A DNA stretch of 28,314 nucleotides from a virus (taxonomy: Duplodnaviria; Caudoviricetes). Position 1 is the stretch's first letter. The number at the start of each line of letters is the position of its first letter. The DNA lies in the IMG/VR virus record IMGVR_UViG_3300017909_002960, positions 1-28,314 of that record; one strand, 5' to 3'. Position numbers and translations under genes: made by a program. This document shows positions 17,898-25,555 of the stretch, one piece after another. The notes under the pieces are model-generated. The model worked only from the letters and a program-made list of their open reading frames with translations. It was not told the origin of the DNA and did no database searches.

Positions 17898-18372
17898 CTT
17901 GTGTTTTTATTTTACCTAATGGAAGTGATACTTCATTTGTAACTTCCATGCGAAACCTTCCCCATTTTAAAGCCTGTTCTCTATTAGGAAGTCTAATCCA
18001 ACCTACCCATTTTTGCTTATCCTGATCAAGTAAAGTCAAGTATGTGTGTATATCGTCTTTTATATCACAACAACTACACACAGACACATTTTCAAATAGT
18101 GTCTTGTCTTGTTTTAAAACTCGTGGCCAACAATTATTACATAAAGTATGTGATCCATTAAGACTAAGCATGCTAATAAATTGATCATCGTTTGTTTTTA
18201 CAGGCATTGGATCATTACAAAAATCGCAGACCCACTCATCAAAGCCAATAGGAATATGTATTACTTCCTCATCTGTTTCAATAGAAACACCACGATTATT
18301 TGTTTGTTTATATATATTTTGTCTATGCTTTACTGCATTTTCAAAAATAACTATTTTTTCTTGATTATACAT
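17890..18372 (-). CDS. Cys-rich putative Zn-binding protein, 160 aa
   Basis: CDFC, CNNC, CSCC motifs; SD GGAGG. Confidence 0.7.
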   Translation of the reverse strand: MYNQEKIVIFENAVKHRQNIYKQTNNRGVSIETDEEVIHIPIGFDEWVCDFCNDPMPVKTNDDQFISMLSLNGSHTLCNNCWPRVLKQDKTLFENVSVCSCCDIKDDIHTYLTLLDQDKQKWVGWIRLPNREQALKWGRFRMEVTNEVSLPLGKIKTQDD

Positions 18373-18667
18373 TTACAAACCCTCCATAAGATTTTTCAAC
18401 TCCACAATTTTCACAAATAAACCTATGCTCATTTGCTACCATTTGAATAGCCATTACTGTATTACCATTACATTTGTTATAATTAGCAAAACACTTGCTT
18501 GGCTTTAAGTAATTTTCTCTTAAATGCATATCTATTTCTTGATAAATTGTTTCAAACCTGTGTATGTCGCACAATGTTTGATAAGTGCTTACAGGTAAGT
18601 CTTTTATTGAGTTTAAGTGTCTATAAAAACTCAATATATCTATTTGTAATTCATTTAATTCTCGCAT
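18365..18667 (-). CDS. Hypothetical protein with C-terminal Cys motifs, 100 aa
   Basis: C-x6-C...CENC; SD AGGAG. Confidence 0.7.
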   Translation of the reverse strand: MRELNELQIDILSFYRHLNSIKDLPVSTYQTLCDIHRFETIYQEIDMHLRENYLKPSKCFANYNKCNGNTVMAIQMVANEHRFICENCGVEKSYGGFVNV

Positions 18668-18681
18668 TATTATCTCCTGTT

Positions 18682-18855
18682 TTAGTTAGTTTCACTATAA
18701 ACTTCTAAAGTGACATTATTGTTGTTAAACATTTTTAAGCTTATTTCTGCTTTACAATGTATGCAAATGATCGCTTGAAAGTTTAAGTGATATAAAGTAA
18801 GCATTTGCCCACATTGAAAACACTGATACTTAAATCTTGCGTGGTAAATTTTCAC
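18682..18855 (-). CDS. 57-aa Zn-ribbon microprotein (not in track)
   Basis: MKIYHARFKYQCFQCGQMLTLYHLNFQAIICIHCKAEISLKMF...; GTGA overlap with upstream stop. Confidence 0.65.
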   Translation of the reverse strand: MKIYHARFKYQCFQCGQMLTLYHLNFQAIICIHCKAEISLKMFNNNNVTLEVYSETN

Positions 18856-19091
18856 AATAAACTTTCTTGTTTAATTACACGATTAAATTTATACATAAAC
18901 ATTTTATGCCCATGTTGATCACAAACTTTGCCTTCAATATTTAGTTTGTCATTTAATCTTAATTCACTTATTCTTTGGGCATAATCCTTAATAAAATATT
19001 CCTTAAAAAATATTGAACTACATACCCATTGACCTTCAGCTTTAACAAGCATATTTTTAATTTTTTGTTTATCTGAAGGCTTGTTGCTCAT
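18852..19091 (-). CDS. Winged HTH protein (HTH_39-like), 79 aa
   Basis: YAQRISELR recognition-helix motif followed by beta wing. Confidence 0.6.
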   Translation of the reverse strand: MSNKPSDKQKIKNMLVKAEGQWVCSSIFFKEYFIKDYAQRISELRLNDKLNIEGKVCDQHGHKMFMYKFNRVIKQESLL

Positions 19092-19372
19092 ATTTGACCT
19101 TCAAAATAACTTGCTTTACTATCTGTTCTCTTTAAATGTCTGCCTTCTGAAATATATTCATTTAAATTATTAGATAATTGCTCAATTTGTTCTTTATTTA
19201 ACAATAGCTTTGCTCGTTTTTTTCTATGGCTTAAAGTAATTGTAAAATAATTTCTTTTAGCAATTTTAAATTTATGTTTTTTTATTTCTAAGTCAATATT
19301 TTCATGGTTACCTTCAAGATCAGCATTTACACTTGTAAATCCATAATGATTATTCATGTTAAGCCTCATCAA
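19088..19372 (-). CDS. Hypothetical protein, 94 aa
   Basis: ORF overlaps both neighbours in an operon. Confidence 0.6.
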   Translation of the reverse strand: MMRLNMNNHYGFTSVNADLEGNHENIDLEIKKHKFKIAKRNYFTITLSHRKKRAKLLLNKEQIEQLSNNLNEYISEGRHLKRTDSKASYFEGQI

Positions 19373-19577
19373 GATACTCCTTTACATTAATTGCTTGGCC
19401 ACCCTCTAATTTTTCGTAAAGGTTGTCTAGTTTATAAGACAAACTTTGATCATCTCCAAAGCCAAGTATTTCTGCAATTTTAACTGAAATTGTTGCTCCA
19501 ATATGTGCAATTATGCCCATAAAAGCAATAAATAACATACTGTTTGTAAATAAATACAAAAATGCTTCATTTGTCAT
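19359..19577 (-). CDS. Membrane-anchored hypothetical protein, 72 aa
   Basis: Hydrophobic N-terminal segment; SD AGGAG. Confidence 0.65.
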   Translation of the reverse strand: MTNEAFLYLFTNSMLFIAFMGIIAHIGATISVKIAEILGFGDDQSLSYKLDNLYEKLEGGQAINVKEYLDEA

Positions 19578-19859
19578 TTAAAATGCTCCTTCCTCTGCTT
19601 GATCATGCAACATGTCAAGCTTTTCAAATTGTTTCTCTAATTGTTCAAGCAAAACTATTGTTTTGTGAAAACTGTTGCTTAGTGCTGACCACCTCGCATA
19701 TTGAAAATCAGAAAAATTATCATTTTTTTGTAATAATTTTTTTGTGTTTTCATTATCATTTAAAGATTGTTTGTAACCTGCCTTTAATAAATCAATTAAA
19801 GTGTAATGATCATGAAATTCTTTAATATTTTTAACATCAATATTAGGCATATAATCCAT
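19578..19859 (-). CDS. Hypothetical helical protein, 93 aa
   Basis: SD GGAGG; TATAAT shortly upstream. Confidence 0.65.
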   Translation of the reverse strand: MDYMPNIDVKNIKEFHDHYTLIDLLKAGYKQSLNDNENTKKLLQKNDNFSDFQYARWSALSNSFHKTIVLLEQLEKQFEKLDMLHDQAEEGAF

Positions 19860-19903
19860 AATTTACCTCCCCATAAATTATATTAATTTTATTGTGTGAC
19901 AAA

Positions 19904-20176
19904 TTACCTTTTAAAAAGGCTTATTCCTTGACTTCCAAAAAAATCTTGCCAACCCCATGCAGTCATAAAATTCTCTAATTCATAATTAGCAGTATGACTA
20001 ATTGTAAATTCAGGAATATTTGGATCTGCCCAAGACCAAAATGGATCTCTTTGCATACTCAAATATATATCTTTATTTGCATATTTTTTAATTACTTGCT
20101 TCCAAGTTAATGTCTCATTAACTTCTTTAAGCCCATAAATTTCTTTAAGGGCCTTATCAGTTACTTTTATATCCAT
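19904..20176 (-). CDS. Hypothetical protein, 90 aa
   Basis: SD GGAGG; first gene after conserved promoter. Confidence 0.7.
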   Translation of the reverse strand: MDIKVTDKALKEIYGLKEVNETLTWKQVIKKYANKDIYLSMQRDPFWSWADPNIPEFTISHTANYELENFMTAWGWQDFFGSQGISLFKR

Positions 20177-20206
20177 ACTTTATCCTCCATTTAACAGTAT
20201 AAGACT

Positions 20207-20235
20207 ATTTTAATCAAAGATTTATAGTTTGTAAA
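20207..20235 (-). promoter_or_regulatory. Sigma70-type promoter with embedded operator-like palindrome
   Basis: TTTACA-17-TAAAAT; TAAATCTTTGATTAA at 20210-20224. Confidence 0.7.
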
Positions 20236-20252
20236 TTTATTAGTTAAATTTT

Positions 20253-20600
20253 TTACTCGTCAATATTAAAGTAACTATCAAGTGTGTGATCAATCTTAAA
20301 GTCTTTTTTATAAAGCAACACATTTATTTTTAATAAATTTAAAAACGCAATAAACTCATTTGTTTCTCCAAGATCAGTAAATATTAAGTCTTGTTTTGCA
20401 GTAATTACTGCTAAAGAAAATCTATTTAATGTATCAACACAAATTAAAAAAGTATGCCCAAACAACTTAAATCCACAACCACCTTGACTATCTATATCGG
20501 GGTGTAATATTCCAAAATCATAAGTTAAATCAAGTATTTCTTGATATTGCTCAAGGTAATATCTGACACTTAACGCACCAAAATTTATTTCGCTATCCAT
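20253..20600 (-). CDS. Hypothetical protein, 115 aa
   Basis: ORF directly after the Rep-like gene. Confidence 0.6.
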   Translation of the reverse strand: MDSEINFGALSVRYYLEQYQEILDLTYDFGILHPDIDSQGGCGFKLFGHTFLICVDTLNRFSLAVITAKQDLIFTDLGETNEFIAFLNLLKINVLLYKKDFKIDHTLDSYFNIDE

Positions 20601-20609
20601 ATATCCATA

Positions 20610-21353
20610 CTACTTGCTTTTTTCCTTCTTGCAGAATTGACAATAAAAAATAACATCTAAGTCTATCCATACACAACCTTCTATTTTACAATCGCGTTTT
20701 TTTGGTGGTTTATATTGTTCGTGCATTTCTCCAAGCAAACTCCAATTTTTACTTAACGCAAATGGTGTCAATGTCATGTTTGACCATTTTTTTCTATATA
20801 TATTGATCCGATCAGCTACCTGTTCATAGGTTGCGTTTATTTCAGATAAGTCTTTAGCAACTTTATTAAAACTTGATATTTCATTTTTAGTTTTAGGTTT
20901 ATATAAATTATCTGTAAGTGCTTTATATATTTCATTTTTATTAGTTTGTTGTTTTATAATATGACTTTGGTTAGATGACTTTGGTTTGCGTACCTTATTT
21001 GAACCACCCTCCTGTTCATTTTTGATATGGGGCTCCATATCAGAATTGGTATATGCAGGATTAAATTTAATAATATATAAATTACTTGTTTGGCCTGCAT
21101 TATCCTCTAAAAATCGTGGCTTAACTTCTATTGCACCAATATCCTTAAGTTCTTTAATTCCTCGTTTTACTGATGATCCACTTTTACCACACCTTTTACC
21201 AATGGTAGAAATACTCGGCCAACATGATCCATCAACTTTATCAGCGAAACGACACAATGTAGCATAAACTCTAATTGCGTTATCGCTTACTTTACTTTCA
21301 ATTAACCACTCAGGAACAATGCTGAATAAAGGGAACTCACTAACAATTTTCAT
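20610..21353 (-). CDS. Replication initiator-like protein with N-terminal HTH (HTH_36-like)
   Basis: FSIVPEW, CWPSISTIGKRCGKSGSSVKRGIKEL, TSNLYII motifs; low-complexity linker containing DNA repeats; C-terminal Cys motif. Confidence 0.78.
   Translation of the reverse strand: MKIVSEFPLFSIVPEWLIESKVSDNAIRVYATLCRFADKVDGSCWPSISTIGKRCGKSGSSVKRGIKELKDIGAIEVKPRFLEDNAGQTSNLYIIKFNPAYTNSDMEPHIKNEQEGGSNKVRKPKSSNQSHIIKQQTNKNEIYKALTDNLYKPKTKNEISSFNKVAKDLSEINATYEQVADRINIYRKKWSNMTLTPFALSKNWSLLGEMHEQYKPPKKRDCKIEGCVWIDLDVIFYCQFCKKEKSK
20961..21056. other. Candidate replication origin inside the Rep gene
   Basis: ATGACTTTGGTT x2 (20961-20972, 20975-20986); TGATATGG-N4-CCATATCA inverted repeat; ~23-24-nt degenerate units; flanking AT-rich tract. 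Confidence 0.45.
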
Positions 21354-21362
21354 TGAAGTATT

Positions 21363-21941
21363 CTATTCTTCTTCCATGACAAATTCGTCTTTAAATTCCT
21401 CCATTATTCTTTGATCATCAAGGCTTGTGTCTGTATTTAAAAGTTCTTTATCACTTAACTGTTGTTTATCATTAGATAAATTTTCTAATTCAACAATTTC
21501 TTTTTCTAAATAATCACTCAACCATGCGTCTGTGTCATAAAGTTCAAGCCCAACACCAAATCGCATGGCACATCTTTTAATTGCGTCACTAACACACTCT
21601 TTTGCTCGTTGCCCGTTGTTATAAACTTTATTTGGATCACTATGAAAGAAAGGTTTGTCGCACATACCAACTTCACTTCTTGTTAGATACTCATTATCTA
21701 CTTTCATTGTTATAGAAACTTGTGCTCCTGCAATAAAAGTTCTTTGTATTCCGTTCATATCCTCAACTGTGTCCTCAATATATTTTTCTATATTGAAATT
21801 CCAATCAGGACTAACTGCAATTAATTTTTGTGTTACTTGTGTGTGTTCTACATAATCAATATCTCCAAAACCTTTATTTAGTTTTTTAACTAATTTTTTA
21901 TTCCATGGTTTAGATAGAATTATCTGTTGTAACCTTTGCAT
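21363..21941 (-). CDS. Rad52/Rad22-family single-strand annealing protein (Sak-like)
   Basis: DYVEH...W.F and K..VSDAIKRCAMRFGVGLELYD signature. Confidence 0.85.
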   Translation of the reverse strand: MQRLQQIILSKPWNKKLVKKLNKGFGDIDYVEHTQVTQKLIAVSPDWNFNIEKYIEDTVEDMNGIQRTFIAGAQVSITMKVDNEYLTRSEVGMCDKPFFHSDPNKVYNNGQRAKECVSDAIKRCAMRFGVGLELYDTDAWLSDYLEKEIVELENLSNDKQQLSDKELLNTDTSLDDQRIMEEFKDEFVMEEE

Positions 21942-22152
21942 TATTTATCTCCTGTTCTTTGATCATATTATTATTATATAACCAAGTTGTTATTTCTTTT
22001 TTATCCCATAAAGGCCCACATTTAAGCACTTTATAAGGTTTAGGTAGTTTATTATGAAAATGTAAAGACGAAACCTTTTGTCTTGTTACTCCCATAATTT
22101 CAGCGATCTCTGCATTAGATACAGGATCAAAGTATGTATTTACTTCACTCAT
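21910..22152 (-). CDS. AlpA/excisionase-like HTH DNA-binding protein, 80 aa (start revised to MSEVN)
   Basis: EIAEIMGVTRQKV...LPKP...L.CGPLW...EI..W; SD AGGAG before ATG 22152. Confidence 0.75.
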   Translation of the reverse strand: MSEVNTYFDPVSNAEIAEIMGVTRQKVSSLHFHNKLPKPYKVLKCGPLWDKKEITTWLYNNNMIKEQEINNAKVTTDNSI

Positions 22153-22169
22153 ATTTCTCCTAATAAAAT

Positions 22170-22216
22170 GGTGGAAGGTATTTATTGCAGTTGCCTGTTC
22201 CAAATACCTTACCACC
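22170..22216 (-). promoter_or_regulatory. Stem-loop with GCAA tetraloop in leader of the HTH-Sak-Rep operon
   Basis: GGUGG(U)AAGGUAUUUG-GAA-CAG-GCAA-CUG-CAA-UAAAUACCUUCCACC. Confidence 0.55.
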
Positions 22217-22289
22217 GATAATGGGCATGTTTTTACGCACTCATAATACGCATACACAATAAATATATTAATGCAGGTGCAGGACAAAT

Positions 22290-22338
22290 TAAATCCTAAA
22301 TTAAACAAAAGTCCTTTGTTGTAGTTATAATACTACAA
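22290..22338 (+). promoter_or_regulatory. Promoter of the glycosylase gene; -10 flanked by inverted repeat
   Basis: TAAACA-18-TATAAT; TTGTAGT-TATAAT-ACTACAA (22319-22338); operator variant TAAATCCTAAATTAA at 22290-22304. Confidence 0.55.
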
Positions 22339-22354
22339 AAATACAGGAGATAAA

Positions 22355-22816
22355 ATGCAGACATTTTTACCATACGAGGATTTTTACGAAAGCGCTAAAG
22401 TTCTTGACAATAAAAGATTAGGCAAACAAAGAGTTGAGTGCCTTCAAATATTCAACGCAATTACAAAAGACACAGGTTGGAAGCACCACCCTATAATCAA
22501 TATGTGGCGAGGATCTGAAAGTTGGCTTTACGAATATACTAGAGTTATTTGCACAACTTGGATCAAAAAAGGCTACAAAGACACAGTTTGGGATAAAGTA
22601 TCAAGTCAATATAGTCAATACAGAAATCTTTATCCTGAAAATAAGCCTGTATGGCTTGGTAATTTTTGGCTTCATCGTAGTCATCAGTCAAATTTATACA
22701 GAAAAGATCCTATATTCTATAAACAATATGCTGACATACCTGCAGTTCCTTATACATGGTATTCCGATGAAAAAGGTTTCTATTTAGGCGAATTTCAAAG
22801 TTGGGCAAAATCATAA
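22355..22816 (+). CDS. Pyrimidine-dimer DNA glycosylase/endonuclease V-like protein (MSMEG_6728-type)
   Basis: MQTFLPY..F..SA.VLD.KRLGKQRVE, GWKHHP...MWRG, P.WLG...H.SHQSNL.RKDP..Y motifs; SD AGGAG. Confidence 0.88.
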   Translation: MQTFLPYEDFYESAKVLDNKRLGKQRVECLQIFNAITKDTGWKHHPIINMWRGSESWLYEYTRVICTTWIKKGYKDTVWDKVSSQYSQYRNLYPENKPVWLGNFWLHRSHQSNLYRKDPIFYKQYADIPAVPYTWYSDEKGFYLGEFQSWAKS

Positions 22817-22828
22817 CTCAAGACCAAT

Positions 22829-22872
22829 ACTAGCTTCGAGTTTAAGCGATTTCTAAAGGAGAGTTGAATAAC
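22829..22872 (+). repeat. Dispersed ~44-bp element, copy 3
   Basis: ACTAGCTTCGAGTTTAAGCGATTTCTAAAGGAGAGTTGAATAAC aligns without gaps to the other copies. Confidence 0.6.
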
Positions 22873-22906
22873 TATTAACCTTCAAAGTGTTGAACTTGTT
22901 GAACTT

Positions 22907-23446
22907 TTACTGTTCATAATCTAATGAATAACCAAAGTTTTTTAAAACTTCTAAACAAAAATTTTCTAAATCCTGTATTTCAAGTGCAATTATTCCTGTG
23001 TTTTTACCGTCAGGCATAGCAACATAGGCAAAAGGCTTTGATCCTGTACCTATGGCTTTGTGGTTTGTGTCACTTTGTAATTTACCTTTATAAAATGCAG
23101 TAGCAAAAGGGCCAACCTGTTTTCCTGATTTTACTTCAACACGAATACCTGTGCTCCAATTTTCCTCGTGTGCGTCTGCACCTGCAAATCTATTAGAAGG
23201 AATTTTGAGCAATTTACGAGCTTGATTTTGTTTTCTGCGTCCTTTATTTCGGTTTCGTCTTGCTATACATGTTTTACATTTACAGGTATTTTTTTTCTGT
23301 TTTGTGTTTGGGCATAATCCAATAGAGTTTCTGTTGCTATTTCTTTGGCTCATACTACTTGGTAAATTTCGTTCTTGACTTTTTCTAATTTTCCAATCAG
23401 TATAAGTTTCGTCTTCTCTAATATCAAATTCTCTATTATTTACCAT
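22907..23446 (-). CDS. PD-(D/E)xK nuclease (Holliday junction resolvase-like) with N-terminal Cys cluster
   Basis: RNRNKGRRKQ helix, RVEVKSGKQ (ExK), C-x8-CxCxxC. Confidence 0.65.
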   Translation of the reverse strand: MVNNREFDIREDETYTDWKIRKSQERNLPSSMSQRNSNRNSIGLCPNTKQKKNTCKCKTCIARRNRNKGRRKQNQARKLLKIPSNRFAGADAHEENWSTGIRVEVKSGKQVGPFATAFYKGKLQSDTNHKAIGTGSKPFAYVAMPDGKNTGIIALEIQDLENFCLEVLKNFGYSLDYEQ

Positions 23447-24326
23447 TTATCTCATCTACATATTTTTTCAAATGATCGCTTTTAATTCCTCTATCAGTTG
23501 CAGTTATATTTAATTTATCTTGTTCTATATTATCCCAATCAATATCATCTCTAGGAATTAATGGTGTATTAAATTGTCTCCAGTTTTTTACTATATGGTG
23601 TTGTGGCCTTCCCCATTTTCTTGAAGTGGTTACCACTCTTGGCCACATTTTTTCTAAACTTTTACTCATAGTAAGCCTTCCATCACCTTGATAAAGTTCA
23701 GCCATATTACCACCCTTCATTGTCATTGTTTGATTTTTTTGGATCATAAAATTATTTATTTGAACTGTGCAGTAACCTTTGCTAAGTGCTTGTAAGCATA
23801 AGTCTGTGTCCTCGTTGTATCTACCTCTCCAACGAAAATCAAGATCAGTCTTTATAAGCAAATTACTGTAAATTTTTGTATTTAATATATATGCAGGAAT
23901 ATTTATATTTTCTTTTGGAACTACAAAAAAACTGTAATTCATGCCTGAAATTGCTATGTTTGTGTATCTATCAGTAAATTTTTCAACTGCTTTTATTCCC
24001 AATGTGCTTTGACAATGTAATCTTTTTCCTTTATACCAAGCCTGCATGTATCTTATATTGTCGTCAAATACCCAATGTCTTTCAGCTCCCATTTCAGAAG
24101 CCATATCCCAACAAAAATTTCTTACAGGTATTGATCCCTGACCTAAATTGCTAAATGGAGTTTTAATTAATAATTTTTCGTCAAAGTATCTTGCATAATC
24201 GTCATATTCTTGTGGTTCTATTACAAGTTTAAAAGGTACTTTGTCTTTTAAAAACATTTTTGCAGTCATGCCGACATCATGTCTGCCTTTAGAAATTATG
24301 AATACAGGATATTTAATTTTCGTCAT
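23436..24326 (-). CDS. GREB1/TET-associated (TAGT-type) GT-A glycosyltransferase
   Basis: YPVFIISKGR, VIEPQEYDDY, RNFCWD, HWVFDDNI, WRGRYNEDTDLCLQAL, MKGGN motifs; start may be 24326 or 24329. Confidence 0.8.
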   Translation of the reverse strand: MTKIKYPVFIISKGRHDVGMTAKMFLKDKVPFKLVIEPQEYDDYARYFDEKLLIKTPFSNLGQGSIPVRNFCWDMASEMGAERHWVFDDNIRYMQAWYKGKRLHCQSTLGIKAVEKFTDRYTNIAISGMNYSFFVVPKENINIPAYILNTKIYSNLLIKTDLDFRWRGRYNEDTDLCLQALSKGYCTVQINNFMIQKNQTMTMKGGNMAELYQGDGRLTMSKSLEKMWPRVVTTSRKWGRPQHHIVKNWRQFNTPLIPRDDIDWDNIEQDKLNITATDRGIKSDHLKKYVDEINGK

Positions 24327-25374
24327 CATCAACAAGATACAAATTGCTTACATCATCTTTATCTCTAAAAGGATAATAGGTGCTCCAAACATTTCCTCTT
24401 TGGTTGTGAAAGTTCTCAATACCTTTTTCCTCAACAAATTTAAGTCTGTCTGCTTCGTTTTCAAATTTTACAACAACAGAAAATATTTCAGGCCTTTGTT
24501 CGTGTTCAAAAATTCCAACCCAATCATTTGCGTCTTGTTTGTTTCCTATTTCATTTTTTGTTGTAGAAGTGTAAGCTAAGGCTGATAACTGATCCTCATT
24601 ATATCCTGTGCCTAAAATACTTTCGTCAAGTTCAAGTATTTCTTTTAAAAGGTTTGTAAGGGCCTTATCATTTACCTGTGCTAATTGTGAAATTTCGTTA
24701 TCGCTTGTAAGAACTTTTAAGGCCTGCACACTGTCGCTATCAATATCAAGCTTAATTACAGGTACTCTTTTAATTGTTCCCATTTTTTTTACTGCCTCAA
24801 CAACTCCATGACCTGCAAGTATAGTTAAGTCTTTAGCGATCACTATATTTCTATAAAAGCCATGCGTATTAATAGAGTTAATTATATGCTCTAACTGATC
24901 CTCAGGGTGTTCTTGATAATTTTTTGGGTGTGGTTTTAATTCATTAATGTCAATTTTAATTGTTTTAAAAGGATTTTTTTTAAACATCATTAAATCCTCT
25001 AATTCGTCTGCTTCAAATCCTGTAACCTCAATTTCAAATTCATTGAGTTCTTGTAAGGTATTTAATAAAAGTTCATTATCAAATTCTGATAAATCGTGTG
25101 TTTTATTATCGGCAATAGCAAAGGCTTTTATTTTTTCTTTACTCCAATCATCAGGAACTCTAACACAATCTAATTCTTTTAAGCCTAAGTAAATACCTGC
25201 TTTTAATGTTCCATTTCCTGCAATTACAGTATTTGTTTGATCAATTACGATAGGTTTTCTTTGACCAAAGGCTGATAAAGAGTTGGCTATTGCCTTTATA
25301 GAATTATCGTCATGCTTCCTGACATTATCAAGATCAAATTTTAATTCGTCAATTTTTATTTTTTCTGTGTTCAT
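24313..25374 (-). CDS. Protein with two tandem ParB/Srx N-terminal domains plus a small C-terminal domain
   Basis: Domain 1 NVRKH...FGQRKPIVID...IAGNG...IADNK; domain 2 HPKNYQEH...HGFYRNIVI...ILAGHG...SDNE; no methyltransferase motifs. Confidence 0.85.
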   Translation of the reverse strand: MNTEKIKIDELKFDLDNVRKHDDNSIKAIANSLSAFGQRKPIVIDQTNTVIAGNGTLKAGIYLGLKELDCVRVPDDWSKEKIKAFAIADNKTHDLSEFDNELLLNTLQELNEFEIEVTGFEADELEDLMMFKKNPFKTIKIDINELKPHPKNYQEHPEDQLEHIINSINTHGFYRNIVIAKDLTILAGHGVVEAVKKMGTIKRVPVIKLDIDSDSVQALKVLTSDNEISQLAQVNDKALTNLLKEILELDESILGTGYNEDQLSALAYTSTTKNEIGNKQDANDWVGIFEHEQRPEIFSVVVKFENEADRLKFVEEKGIENFHNQRGNVWSTYYPFRDKDDVSNLYLVDDDEN

Positions 25375-25435
25375 GCTTAGTATTTTAGCAAAACTGTGTT
25401 AAAATTGTTACGATAATTTATTTTATCCCCTGTTG

Positions 25436-25472
25436 TATAAAAGCCCGTGGTTTCATGGGCTTTTATATTTTT
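25436..25472. terminator. Intrinsic terminator (bidirectional layout, better stem on plus strand)
   Basis: TATAAAAGCCCGTG-GTTT-CATGGGCTTTTATA followed by T tract. Confidence 0.7.
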
Positions 25473-25498
25473 AGTGCTTTAGTTGAACTTTTGCTATC

Positions 25499-25542
25499 AC
25501 TAGGATCGTGTTTAAGCCATTTAAAAACTAGAGTTGATAGTT
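25499..25542 (+). repeat. Dispersed ~44-bp element, copy 2
   Basis: ACTAGGATCGTGT-TTAAGCCATTTAAAAACT-AGAGTTGATAGTT. Confidence 0.75.
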
Positions 25543-25555
25543 TATGCGAGGAAGT

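Noticed and set aside
13846-22216. tRNA genes in the GC-rich intergenic hairpins
   Set aside because: No cloverleaf, T-loop or CCA end can be built
22153-22308. N-terminal 52 aa of track ORF 21910..22308
   Set aside because: It spans a hairpin and promoter region; a good SD precedes ATG 22152
24313-25374. ParB-fused DNA methyltransferase or ParABS partition system
   Set aside because: No DPPY/FxGxG motifs, no obvious ParB HTH and no ParA ATPase in the window
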